Origin: Massalongia carnosa
Taxonomy: Eukaryota
Direction: 5' to 3'
NCBI GenBank assembly: GCA_965645245.1
Contig: OZ287068.1
Span: 1,240,001-1,304,000 of the forward strand
Length of the DNA: 64,000 bases
Position numbers and translations under genes: made by a program. This document shows, in pieces, positions 35,727 to 47,921 of the stretch; the first letter of the stretch is position 1; each line of letters opens with the position of its first letter. The notes beneath the pieces are model-generated. The model did not search any database. It had not been told where the DNA came from and saw nothing but the letters and a program-made list of their open reading frames with translations.

Positions 35727-37412
35727 ATGCCCCTCCCCATCCCATCACCTCCTCCCCCCCTCCTCGTCCTAACCCAAGAAACCCTCTCCCTCCTAACATC
35801 CTCCCCACGCCATTTTCCCAATCCATTTCCCCCATCCTCCTCTCCTCCAGCAATTACCACTCCCAAAATCGCGACCTCTCCCCCGCCCTTCCCCCTCCCC
35901 CTATCCCTCCACTCCCTCCTCCCCCACCGCCCCTCCGCCCTCCTCGCCCTCGCCCACCGGCAGCTCTACACCTACCCCTACGCGCACGTCCCGCTGCTCT
36001 GGCGCCGCGCATTCACGGACGCTAGCATCGTGCTTGCGGTGCGGGTTGTGGTGCGGGCGCTTGGGGGGGTAGTGGTGGAGGAGGAGGAAGAGGAGTGGAA
36101 CGATGACGATGATGGGAACGGCGAGGACGGAACGCGGGAGAAGGAGGACGGGGAGGGAGAAGAAGAGGAAAAGGGAAAAGATAATAGGGATGTGGATGGG
36201 GATGGGAACAAAGCCGGGGATTGGATCGGGGACGTGGTACGCACGCTCGACATGGCTGTGATTATGGCTGGGGGGGCAGGACGCGAGGAGTGTATTGAGG
36301 CGCTCATGGACGCGTTGGAGGAGCACGAGCTTGCTAATCCCTCTTCACATTCCGCTTCGTCGGCACCTTCTTTGTCGTCCTCTCCTCTACCGGTAACCAA
36401 ACGGCAGAAACTCCATCATCATCATCATCATCATCACCCACCCACCGCCAAAGACGAAAACGAAGATCTCTTCACCACCCCCTCCTCCTCCTCCCCCCAA
36501 CAACCTCATCCACCACCAGCACTTACATACTCCATTCCCATACACACCACCCCTCCCTCCCTCGCCGCCTTCCAGCAGCACCTTTGCACCCCCCCAGCAA
36601 GTGGCCCACTGATCATCCGCAACGCGCTGACGCACTGGCCAGCGATCAGCGCGTCGGAGCGCTCGTGGCGCAGCAGGCGGTACTTGCTGCGGCGGACGCT
36701 GGGGGGGCGGAGGCTGGTTCCGGTGGAGGTGGGGAGGAGCTACACGGATGTAGAGTGGGGGCAGCGGATCGTGACGTTTGGGGAGTTTTTGGGGGGCGGG
36801 TTTGCGGTCGGGAAGGGCAAGGGGAAGGGAAAGGGGAAAGTGGAGGAGGAAGAGGGAGGGGGAGGGGGAGCGGAGGAGCGGAAGATTGGGTATTTGGCAC
36901 AGCATGATTTGTTTGCGCAGATCCCTGCGTTAAGGGCTGATATCGCTGTTCCGGATTACTGCTACGCGACCCCCCCTCCCCCTCTCGCTCCTGCTTCCGC
37001 GGAGGATGATCTCACCGCAGCACACAAACCGTCTCGAGCACGCTTGGAAGAACCCCTCCTAAACGCCTGGTTCGGCCCCGCGGGCACGATATCCCCCCTC
37101 CACACAGACCCCTACCATAACATCCTGTGCCAAGTTGTCGGCCAGAAATACGTGCGGCTGTACGCGCCCGAGGAGACGTGGCGGGTGTATCCGCGCGGGG
37201 TGGAGGAGGGAGGGGTGGATATGAGCAATACGAGCCAGGTGGATGTGGAGGGAGATAGCAGGGAGATGCACGAGAGGTTTCCGCTGTTCCGAGAGGCAAG
37301 ATATGTAGAGGGGGTACTGGGAGAGGGGGAGTGTTTGTATATCCCGGTGGGATGGTGGCATTATGTAAGGAGCTTGACGGTGAGTTTTAGTGTGAGTTTT
37401 TGGTGGGATTGA
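35727..37412 (+). CDS. JmjC-domain protein, JMJD5/KDM8-like 2OG-Fe(II) oxygenase
   Basis: GRRLVPVEVGRSYTD, GYLAQHDLF, NAWFGPAGTISPLHTDPYHN and LYIPVGWWHYVRSL..SFSVSFWW motifs; low-complexity E/H/GK inserts. Confidence 0.93.
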   Translation: MPLPIPSPPPPLLVLTQETLSLLTSSPRHFPNPFPPSSSPPAITTPKIATSPPPFPLPLSLHSLLPHRPSALLALAHRQLYTYPYAHVPLLWRRAFTDASIVLAVRVVVRALGGVVVEEEEEEWNDDDDGNGEDGTREKEDGEGEEEEKGKDNRDVDGDGNKAGDWIGDVVRTLDMAVIMAGGAGREECIEALMDALEEHELANPSSHSASSAPSLSSSPLPVTKRQKLHHHHHHHHPPTAKDENEDLFTTPSSSSPQQPHPPPALTYSIPIHTTPPSLAAFQQHLCTPPASGPLIIRNALTHWPAISASERSWRSRRYLLRRTLGGRRLVPVEVGRSYTDVEWGQRIVTFGEFLGGGFAVGKGKGKGKGKVEEEEGGGGGAEERKIGYLAQHDLFAQIPALRADIAVPDYCYATPPPPLAPASAEDDLTAAHKPSRARLEEPLLNAWFGPAGTISPLHTDPYHNILCQVVGQKYVRLYAPEETWRVYPRGVEEGGVDMSNTSQVDVEGDSREMHERFPLFREARYVEGVLGEGECLYIPVGWWHYVRSLTVSFSVSFWWD

Positions 37413-37508
37413 GGCTGGATGAGGAGGGGTTCGGGTTGGGTTGGAAATGTATGTTTGTGGTGATAAAGCTAAGCTGCTACTGTTCAAGAAAGGATATCTC
37501 AAGGCCCA

Positions 37509-39103
37509 TCAATCAGGTAGGACTTTCGGCTTGGCCCACGGTGGCCGTCCATCATCGTCAAACTCCGCCCATTGGAAAAACGTGCAGCTTATCGATCCGA
37601 TCAGTCCTCAACCGATCCAGAAAGAACATGGTAGGTCATGAGGAATCTTACCCTTGCTTACCGGGCGTGTTGCCTACATGACACATCCACATATACCGCC
37701 CTCGATTCTCCCTTTTCCTCTGCACGCACCGCAGCACTGTCGCCACATTGCACCTACATCTTGGGGTATATCTATATTGAACCCCCAACTCGGTTAGCGA
37801 AACATAATAAACCGGCCTCACTTCGAAAGGAAGTTGCCGCACCTGGGATGAAAGCTCTCGCGGTAATACCGATAGGTCACATTGATGCGTCTATTCCCGG
37901 CGATCGGATGCGGATCGATGGCTGTAGCGGGGTGAATGCTGTGTTTCCATTCCTCCTGCATCTCCGCATGCATCACGAGTAGTGAGTTGTGGGGCAAATG
38001 GATCGAAATTTGACCTTCGGCGTCTGCGCGCAGGCTCTCTCGCTGCGGCTCTTTGCTGCCACCAACTTCTTCGTGGTCACGAGGGATGATCTTGCGGACA
38101 CGGAACTCTCGGGCCACCCCGAGGCTGAGACTACCGATGATAGCTCTGGGACCAAGATACGTGAGCTGATCCGAATGATAGCCAACACTTTCGCCGCCGC
38201 CTTTGTAGCAGTTCACGAAGGCAGCGTTTGGGATCCACTCATCCGGCGATTGATACCTGAGCTTTTTCCCGTCAGGATAGTAGTGTTGGATTCGGATGGC
38301 AATCTCTTGGTTTACAACCGCCTGCACTTTCACCGAGACCGTCCGCATCTGAGAGGTAATCTGTCGGATATCCTACAGAGATTTGCACATAGCAATCAGC
38401 AGATCTAGACATACATGATTTACCTCTTTACGGAAGTACCAAACCCTACTGTTAAAAAACTGCCATTGTATAGATATTCCGTCTTCTGCCTTGTCTGCTC
38501 TTTCAGACTATCTACATAGAAGCATGCACTATGTGGGCTTTGCACAACGTTGTCAAACAGCTTGAACGTCTGCCTTTCAAACGTCGGTGCCGCTTCAAGC
38601 AGTTCTTTCAACAGCTCCTCTGCTTCCTCCGCAGGGAGGAAGTTATGGATGATGGAGCATGGCGTGTGAGCCGCGATATCCTCAGGTGTATATAAATGTA
38701 AAGTCTGCCCCTTACGCGTCAAAGTCCTTGGCCTTTTTGCCGCAGAACCTTGGTGGATTTCATTGGATCTCCGAAACGCTGCCAACGAGGTCTGGTATCC
38801 AATTGCCCCTCTACCTTTCTTCTTCGGGGATATTACTTGAGCAAGCACATCGAGGGCCTGACAGGCAGATGCTATCGAGCCCTCCGCCTCGACTAGAGAG
38901 TCGAGCAGGGCGTCTTGATCCACATGTGGGTACAAGGAAGCTAGAGTTGCAAGTTTAACATCTGTTGAATCTTCTTCTTCTTCTTCTTCTTCTTCTTGGT
39001 CATTGTGTATTTTTGGCGTAATTTTGCTGCGTAGGGATTCTTCTTGAAGCTCATCATAAAGCGGTGATAACCTTCGCCGCTTACGAGAAACAAAAGCCTC
39101 CAT
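37509..39103 (-). CDS. AlkB-family 2OG-Fe(II) dioxygenase with a CUE-like N-domain and C-terminal GRF zinc finger, 3 introns
   Basis: YHSD, WKHSI and RINVTYR motifs; spliced tail PRCRC..VLRC..RGRYMWMC..GCTFFQW; stop TGA at 37511-37509. Confidence 0.9.
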
Positions 39104-40320
39104 CTGAGCAATGAGATATCAAAGGAAGCGAGGTGCAGGCATGTCAGCGAGCGGGGTAGTCTTGCCATATGTTACCGCTAGCGAAACAGTTCGATCGGAG
39201 GAAAAACCGTTAGACCCAATCAAGGTTTACTCGTGTTCCTCATTGAACTGCCCGTAGGAAAAACGCCCTTCTCGTAGAGTTGCTTCAGTCCCCTGTTACG
39301 ACCATCGTCAGGATTTGATTTCGGAGCTTGACCAAAAGCGCGTGAGTAGACGTGGTAGATTAACTAAGCGCACCTAGCATAGCGCTTAACCTAGTTCTGG
39401 GATTAGATGAAGCTTGCTCCTGTCTCTCTAGCGCGTAGACCTTGACTTTGAAAAGTCTCATGTTTCAATCCATACACCAGCCTGCCAAGCAGAACGTCTT
39501 ATTGTCAGAAGCAAGAAATAGTGAGTATCTCCATACTTGAACTGTTTAACCTCTGTCCTAGTGTCTCTCAGTCAGCTTTACTTATTTTGAGATAATTCCA
39601 ATGGAAAATCATTCATCCAAGCCTCACTACGTTCACTGTGATTCACGATATCTAATGCAAGCGATCCAGCTTGGTGATGTGGGTAAACACCTCCTATGCT
39701 TGATAACATATGTCTACATACTCCGGCTTGAGAGAAACCCGCCGGCTTTGTTGAGGTGGGAATGTCACACAAAACGCACGTTTGAGCTGGAGTAATCTAT
39801 CTCCGTAACATGCCTGTTAACCTGCTTCATTGCCCCTCGTTAGGAACTCATCTGTTCGGAATTACATACTGCCTTTGCCATCTCGACAGGATTTCTCCCA
39901 CAATCTCTACGCAGACCTGGTTCAAGGGTGCGTCGAACTGGAGTTCTCGTTGATTATCGATATGCACAGCTGCAGATCATCTAGTCCGTATGTGTCAGTT
40001 GGACATTTAGGTATCAAGTCACATTTGTTACTTACCTGCCTGTTCGACTACAGGAACCCCTGGTTTCTCTACGGGAAATCAGTATTTGAAGCATCCGAAA
40101 AAGGATATTTAAGGGGAAGATGGTCCAGGAAATATTCTTGCCCATCTCTTAAACTCATCGACATCATCATCACAGCACTGTACTTTGTGTTCCATAGTCA
40201 GCTTTACAGTTAATCCTCAATCCTGGGGCTTGCGATCTGACGCCATAATCTCCACCAATCCATCTCCGATGTTTAGCGCCTATCTCGTGGATTTCTAACG
40301 GCAGTGCCTACTTTATCAGC

Positions 40321-41021
40321 ATGGATGACGAAACGGCTGTGATAATTATCTCCCTTCAGCTACCAGATTCGCTTGAAGCTTATCAGGAGCAGGAGCGTAT
40401 GGCAGCGGAAGAAGTGAAGGGTTTAGAAGATGTAAATGGCTTTAATCAAGAATCTCAAGGGTACTAGCGAAATCTACTACGAGGATTCGAGGAACTACTA
40501 ATGATCGCTGCAGTGAAAATTCTCGCAGCTCAAGTACCCCTTCCTCCGAGACTACGACGCTGTTCGGCCGGTTGATTCGGTTTGTATCGGGTATTGGCAG
40601 CCTGCGGCCTACTCAGCTCGACCTCCCGGTTGCGTCAGACGCAGTCACAGACCGAGCACCTTCAGACGCGATTGGCTCGGGAGGCGCAAGTTGCTCGAGA
40701 GCTCGCCGTTGCCCAACATGAGGAAGAAGTGGTGCGAGCGGCTCGTGAGCACGCGGCCAGGCTGGCCGTTGTGTGGCAAATCGGAGAGGATATCCGTCGA
40801 GCGGAAGAAGCAAGGCGGCGCGAGGCGGAGGACCGCCAGGCTCAGCAGCGCGAATGTAGCCATCGCATCCCTAGTGGCATAAGAACACTGAGCCTAGCGT
40901 GAAAGAGTGCGGGCTCTGCGATCATCGGTTTTTCGAGTATATCCTTGAGTGCGAGCGATGTCGGCTGCAGGCGTGCGTGCGGTGCAAGAGGAAGCGGCGA
41001 TGGGATAGAGTTGGGGGTTAG
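40321..41021 (+). pseudogene. degraded relic resembling the termini of fungal IBR/RBR-finger proteins
   Basis: MDDETAVIIISLQL start, a coiled-coil stretch, then ECSH...ECGLCDHRFFEYILECERCRLQACVRCKRKR across a frameshift near 40870. Stops are present and no RING-IBR-RING core is visible. Confidence 0.5.
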
Positions 41022-42610
41022 GGATCTAGAAGGTGGAAGGGTTTGTTTTCCGTCAAGAGAAAAACTGATGGGTGAAGGTGGATGGATGGGCTGCCTTGTT
41101 GAGTGTGGTATTCATGTCTTTTTAGTTTCTGCCAAGCAAAAGTCCTTTGATTCTTTCTTCATCCCTCCATTCATCTATTCACCAACCCCTCCCCCCCCCC
41201 ATATTCCATAGCTAGAGAGAGAGAAACAAACAGTCAAACACATACTTATCTAATCTGGACTCTTTTCTTCCTCATTTCTTATTCTGTGATTAGCTTAGTA
41301 GCCGAGTCGGGTTTAGATACTTTATATATAGGTATTGAGCTACATAGTAAGCGGACAGGCAGGCAGGGAGAGAGAGAGCAGGGTGAAGTAGCGCAGTGCG
41401 ATGTAGTGCAGGGCGGAGCGGAGTACCTATGTAGTCAAATCAAACCCGTGGGCAGTTACACTTTATGTATCTGCATCTAGTCAAACTAGGTAAGTGCTCC
41501 CAAGGAACACCCCCCCTTTCAGGGACTTCAGGGGCAAAGAGAAAACATGGGTAGTCTAGCTATTCACCTTCACTCAAGAAACTAGTCAGTCAGTGAGTCA
41601 GTGAGTCAGTCAATCGACTGGTCCAGTTAAGACGTATGTATGTTTCTATCTGTATATCCGTAAAGAGTGTTTTGGTTGGTTGGTTGGTGCTCGGCTGGTC
41701 ATTGGGGGCAAGTAACTAAGGGCGGAATTTGGAATTTGTCGGTAGGTGAGATGCCTTTCCTCCTCTTGTACGCTGGGGCGCTAGGAGGTATGTAGGGTTT
41801 GAAAGATTGGAAGGTTTGGAGGCGAATCGCTAAAGTAACTGGGCGTCCGATATATGAGGGCAAGATTGCACAATCGTTAACCCCCCGTAGATAGAAGTGC
41901 TCGGGGTATGATGAGGCTTGGGGGTTGGAGTCTTTGCTTTTGGTAATGTATAGCGGACAAGTACAGGTAAGAGAGGATTGGAGTTGGTCGTGGATTTGGA
42001 ACAATACTTTTCGTGTGCATGGAAAGTTTTCTATTGATGTAACAAACCGACAGTCTTGGTAGATATTAAGAGCGGTTTGATATCCTGTGTACAAACCGTG
42101 GATAGGCAGAAATATAATCGATGCCAGCCCCACTGTACTCACTCTATCTCCTTAGTTTCAGAATTGAAATCTTCCAGCCTTTTCCGTTTCTTACAAAGTG
42201 CTGGAAATTCACCATAAATCCAATAGTTGAGGGCGAAGATGATACAGTCCCGGCTGAACCTGCCGAATCACCATAGGGAATGAGGGAGGGTGATTATAAT
42301 CTGCTTCAGGACATCATTAGATTCTTGCTTTATTTTGACTTAACGTAGTTGATTTCTCCAAAAGGAGATGAAGGATAAGAGAAGTATATGTTTCCAACTG
42401 CAGTTGCTCGGCAGATGGTGTTTATGCATACTTGATAGCTGACGCAAGTCACCACCCTTAGTATACCAAATGAAAACGATGGAACAAGGCAGAGTTGACT
42501 GGGTATAATATATTCCGGCCTACTGAGCGTATGAAACAGACCGACCCATCCTCCTGCTAAATGTTTAGATTCTGTAGCTATTGAGCGAAAGGGAGAGCAA
42601 ACTACACCTA

Positions 42611-42856
42611 CTACGTATGATCGATATTTGCCAGCAGAAACTCCTCCAGGTCATAAGGAACTCGGTATTGAAACTGGCGCCAAAGTTTCAAGGCGGCCAG
42701 TGCCATGAAAACGAGCAAGAGGGTACCTGAAACGGCCATCAAGACAATGATTAAGGTGTGAAGCATACTGCCACCACAATTAGAAGGTAAGGGGGAGGTG
42801 GAACGCAATGGTCAGATAGGTACAACTTACTTAAATTTCATTGCCAACAAGTTCAT
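42611..42856 (-). CDS. putative spliced 60-aa single-TM microprotein
   Basis: ATG at 42856 and a 63-nt GTAAGT..CTAAT..CAG intron (42830-42768) join in frame to a hydrophobic helix followed by KLWR. Confidence 0.45.
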
Positions 42857-43374
42857 ATGTAGAGTGTGAGGCGGTGTGCAGTGGCACTATCTAACAGTTT
42901 TTTTTTATGTTTTAGTGATATCTGAAGAAAGGAAAAGTAGAATGACAGCGGTATGTGAGTTGAGTCGTTTTGTAATGCACAAAATAGATGGGTATGGGAA
43001 TCGTATACCTCTCGTTAGAGGCAGAATCCGTCATCAGGTGGTTCCTTTTGTGATTGCACCTTTAGCGACAGATTTTTTTGCTATACCGAGACATCCACAA
43101 CATCAAGGCATTAGTTGTTAGAACACATTCATACAAACCCAAACTTGATCTTTTAGAAGCTCGACCTTTTAACTTCTAAAGCACTCAATCCAGCTGATTG
43201 AAAAATACCCTTTCCACCATATACTGGCAACTCATCAACGGCCTTCCTAAGCATACACTTCTAGACCACTCCTTCTTCACATGGTATAGCAGTATGCCAG
43301 AATCCTGATGATCTTAGCGTTTTTCTGACCTTTGACTATCATGAATTTGTATATAGATATTTTGGACATCCGAA

Positions 43375-44160
43375 AGTGCCTAGAGAAAGCGATTATGGAG
43401 CAAGCATCCAAAGACCTTAGGTTTCATCGGTTGGAGGCAACGGGCCTCATTAACATACTAGGGAGATTTGCAAAAGGGTGGGGGAGCAGGGGCGGATCTT
43501 CTAGTCCATCCAAGAGATTCACGTACAAATTGCTAGCAAGTTCAGTCATCCAATGACTTCACGACAGGACGAGTTCGCTGCTCAGTTGAAAATACGTCCG
43601 ATATCCGGTGCAGAGGCAATGTGCCTTGTCATCACCACGGAGAAGTGTCCTAGAGAGCGAGTTGCGGAAGCGCATCTCCTGGTTGGCTCTGTCGTGGAAG
43701 ATATGGCAAAGTGTGGAGACAAGGTTTATTTCTCCTTCCACCATCCAGCGATCTACGTGTTGATTCCGAAAACTCGGGAGCCCGATGGCATTACGCCCTG
43801 AATGAGTTCGCTCTTCAGTTGAAAATGCATGTGGTGTCTGAGAAGAGAGACAATGAACCTCATCACCCCTCAAAGGAGTGCCTTGGAAAGCGAGATGGTT
43901 CACCCTGATCATTCATGCATTAATCTGTGGGAACTTCGGCCTTCCCATGACTTTACGTCATAACAAGTTCGCTCTCCGGTTGAATCACATGTGATGCCCG
44001 AGGGGACAGGCAATTGGGCCCATCGCCCCTTAGAGGAGCATTTTGGAAAGCGAGATGCGGAAACGGTTGATCCAGGAAATTCATGTCTTGATTTCCGGGC
44101 AATTTGGTCGTCCGGTAGCTTTGCGTCCAGACGAGTTCGCTGTTCAATTGCCGAGGGCAG
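43375..44160 (+). pseudogene. degenerate tandem-repeat protein relic (4 copies of a ~55-aa unit)
   Basis: Unit LESE..IHVLI.G.FG.PM.LR.DEFA.QL with IHVLI-equivalents at 43517, 43751, 43911 and 44079; frameshifts and stops between copies. Confidence 0.65.
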
Positions 44161-45605
44161 TAGATGATTGGTTGTTATACATCCAACCACGAACCACGGA
44201 AACTGGAGAATATAGGGCTTGCTGTTCCAAAGATACCTGGAGGATGCGATTGTTAAAGACCCTGCTTCTTAGGTGCAAAGAATAATTTTCGCAGCAATAA
44301 TAACAACATCAACATCATCCTTTTCTTGTCCGGGATTTACACATGCAACCTGGCTTGATCAACCGAGCATCTTCTCACCCAACCATCCAGTACATGCGGA
44401 GCCGTTGGCAAGACTAGGGGTTTTCTTTACAAATGGTGGCTGGTCGAGCAATCAGAGGGAGCTGGCTCAACAGCTCCCACTCCGGCAAAAACCGAGAAGA
44501 TAAAAGAGATCGTCTACTCCTTAATAGCTTTTAGACAACGCTTCGATTGCATAGTTAAGACGTGGCATGAGAAAGCTCAAGGATGGAATTAGGAATTGGA
44601 AATAGCAATACGAGAGGGTGAAAAAGGCATTGAAAACAGACAGGATGAGTGGTGGGCGGAGATTGCTCTGCAGAACTGGACGAATTATTATGAATCGGAC
44701 AGGGAAAGGGCCGAGGTGGAAATAGCAATGCAGCGCAAGTAAAATATCGAGAGAAGATAAAAGGAGGAGATGCCGAACGACAGACTCCAGTAAAGCTTTT
44801 GATAAAGGTCTACTGAACCGAATGATCAATCCCTGAAAGTAAACCCTTGTTTGCTTGAATATGGTCTCTTCAGCCAGTACATATAAAGCAAATCTTATAT
44901 GCTCAGAATCAACCATGGCGGCTACAAGAAATTCCTATCGAAGCCCGTTGTCTTCAAACATGTCAAGCGGCAAAACTGGTACTTCAGCAGGAGTCGACGG
45001 ACACAGGCGGTTTGCTACGACCAGGGTCTGGGGGTACTTCGATTTTCAGGCACATCTCAGCCATCTTTGAAGCAACCCCTAAAGCAATGTCGATAAATCT
45101 GGCTCCACGATTGAAATCCAGAAAGCGTCAAGTCTAGACTACTACTGCTCCGAAAGCATGTCGAGAACGGTTCTCAAAGTAGTCCTCCTACCTGTATCTA
45201 GCACCTGACTAGCAAGATCCTTGTATCATTGAGCACGTAATATATGTGTATGATGTATACAAAATACAGGATCATTCATCAGACTTTGATACTTAAGTCA
45301 GATCCAGCAACACAGAGAGAGGACTTGGAGAGTTTCTTGTAAAGTAAAGAGGAAGAGGTGTGAAACCCGGGGCGCTACGGCGTAGTATTCTTCCGAGCCG
45401 TCCCGAGGTATCTTGCTATGACGTATGACTCTATAACTCTCTTCTGACACTCTCGACTGTTGCACCTGTCTTGTGGAAGAAGGAGAACTGGGACGACAAC
45501 GACAACGACATCAAAATCAAGATATTTTCAAGCGTTTGGAGAAACACGATCGGAGTTCAAGTCATTTTCCGTTCATACGGTTCATACGATGCACACCTCC
45601 CGAAA

Positions 45606-46914
45606 ATGCTTGAGTTTCGTACCCAAGGTTTCAATGGCTATGCCGTGAAATACTCCCCCTTCTTTGACTCCCGCATCGCCGTCGCCTCCTCCGCGAACTA
45701 CGGTCTAGTCGGCAATGGGCGCTTATACGTCTTGAACCTCACAGCAAAGGGTATTGTCGCTGAAAAATGGTGTGTCTCCAATGTCCGGTCGCCATCTTTA
45801 TTTAAACCCCGCCAATCCTACATCGATATCCAAATTGCTCACGCAAGAAACTGGGGCTAAAAAAGGTTTGACACGCAAGACTCTCTTTATGACCTCGCCT
45901 GGTCGGAAGCGCACGAGAATCAAGTGGTGGTAGCAATAGGGGATGGCTCCATCAAACTCTTCGATATCGCACTTGACGAGTTTCCCGTGCAATCATGGCA
46001 AGAGCATAAACGGGAAGTATTCGCTGTGCACTGGAATCTTGTCACCAAAGATACCTTCTGCTCCAGTTCCTGGGATGGCACTATAAAGATTGTACTTTCT
46101 CCCCTCACTTCTCATTTTTCTAAAATTTCTCCTTTCCTCCAATACCCTAACCCAGCCACCAAAACAGTGGTCTCCTGATCGCCACGACTCCATCCTGACC
46201 CTCCCAACCCACACCTGCACCTACAGCGCCGCCTTCTCCCCACACAATCCGTCCCTCCTCAGCGCCGTCTCCTCCGATTCGCACCTTCGCATCTTCGATA
46301 TACGCACCCCAGCCTCCGCCTCAAACCATCTCACCCTTACCATCCCTCTTCATGCGCCCTCTGCATATTCAATACCTCCACCACATGAATTTCCCCCTTC
46401 TTCCGCCTGTTATAGCCAACCTGAAACACTACCGCCAGCCGCATTAGCTCTAGCATCTAGCCCCCCTTCTGAAGCACTAACCCACGACTGGAACAAATAC
46501 CGCCCCACCATCCTTGCCGCTGCCGGCGTTGACCGCTTCATCCGTACCTTCGACCTCCGCGCTCCATCCCGAGGCCCCCTCATTATTCTCGCCGGCCACG
46601 ACTACGCCGTGCGGAAATTAGCGTGGAGCCCCCACGCAGGAGACATCTTGCTGAGCGCCAGCTATGACATGACCTGTCGCGTGTGGACCGATGGCACCAG
46701 CAATAGCGCGGATGGTGAGGAGAGGCACAAGAGCCCGATTACAGGAGCAGGAGGAGCATTGGAAGGGGGAAGGGAACTGGGGCAAATGAGCCGGCACACG
46801 GAGTTCGCCATGGGCGTGGATTGGTGCTTGTTTGGCGGGGAGGGGTGGTGCGCCAGTTGCGGGTGGGACGAGCGGGTGCTGGTCTGGGATGTTAAAGCCG
46901 TGATGGGGAGTTGA
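45606..46914 (+). CDS. PEX7: peroxisomal PTS2 receptor (WD40), 2 introns
   Basis: MLEFRTQGFNGYAVKYSPFFDSRIAVASSANYGLVGNGRL, WSEAHENQ, SSSWDGTIK, DWNKY, SASYDMTCRVW and HTEFAMGVDW motifs. Confidence 0.96.
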
Positions 46915-47254
46915 GGTTTCTGGTTCTTGGTCTTCCTTGCAGGGTAGGTACTGGGCGTTTACAAGAGAGCTGTTTTGGGAGGGGTTTAAATTGGGTCTGC
47001 ATTTGGGAGGTTTCATAGGTAACTTGGAGGAATGGATGTCTGGATCCTTCGTAGCCCTCATTCTATTCGGCAATCCGACTATGTATGTCTGTATGCCCTA
47101 GCATATATATTGGTTCAACACAGTTATGTAACCCATCAGCTAGCTATATGTACGTACATGTTCGCCACCTAGCCTATCTACATACCTTTCCTTCCCTTCC
47201 CTTATAACCCCCCCCCCCCAAAACCACCTATCTCAAAACCAAGGAAACCAACCT

Positions 47255-47334
47255 AAACCCAAACCCAAACCCAAACCCAAGAACCAAACCAGCGAGTCAA
47301 GAAAAAGGCAAAAACCAACAAACCAACAAACCAA
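47255..47334. repeat. (AAACCC)n and (AAACCAAC)n microsatellites
   Basis: Read directly between the converging PEX7 and vWA-like gene 3' ends. Confidence 0.8.
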
Positions 47335-47921
47335 GCACCTATCCGGGCAGGCAGGGGTAGTTAGTTCCTCTAAAACCAATTATTTTCCAAGAAGCAGCAG
47401 CAGCAGCAACAGTAACAACGACAAAAGAAATAATCTAAATCCATTCTTTCCCATCTGCCCATAATTACCCAATTGACTAAAATAGCTAGAGAATATCTAT
47501 GCAAGAGCTAATAACCTAACTCATATCTATACATCCCTAAGTACAAAAAAAGGGAGTTCTCTAGAGGGACTCCTAAAGTGGAGTGGAAGATCGCAAGTTC
47601 CACGCTGGCGAGGAGGCACCCAGTTAGGCCGGACCGCGAGTACCTGCTGCGGAAACACATAACAGAGAAAAAAGAGCCGAGGATTGTGGCTTCGACTGCT
47701 GGAAAGAGGAAAAGTCTCCACTGCGTAGGAAAGTGGTGGCAAATGATGGAAAGAAGCAACACAGTAGGATGGCATCGCTCCTCACGAAGGCGTTCAAACC
47801 CATCCAGCACCAAACCACCTCACCTCATCTCTGCAAGATATCTATAAGCCCATACCAATCCAACCGCCAAACCTACAAAAGTAATACTCTCTACCTCATA
47901 ATCAAGAATCAGTTCAATTCC

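Noticed and set aside
28308..39103. Secondary-metabolite cluster around the oxidase, PTH11-like and oxygenase genes
   Set aside because: No PKS, NRPS or terpene synthase backbone, and the JmjC and AlkB genes are housekeeping types.
40028..40060. ACTTACCTG U1-like 5' end (also seen on the minus strand near 12545)
   Set aside because: No U1 loop I or loop II motifs and no Sm site follow.
43500..44160. CRISPR-like regularly spaced repeats
   Set aside because: Eukaryotic context, 160-234 bp spacing, diverged repeats with codon-level similarity, and no cas genes.
46144..46153. ACCCTAACCC telomere-like 10-mer
   Set aside because: It contains the CTAAC branch point of PEX7 intron 2, and shows that a template match alone is weak evidence.
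20345..46914. AGX1 (PTS2) and PEX7 as a functional gene cluster
   Set aside because: They are 24 kb apart with unrelated genes between; co-occurrence is probably chance.
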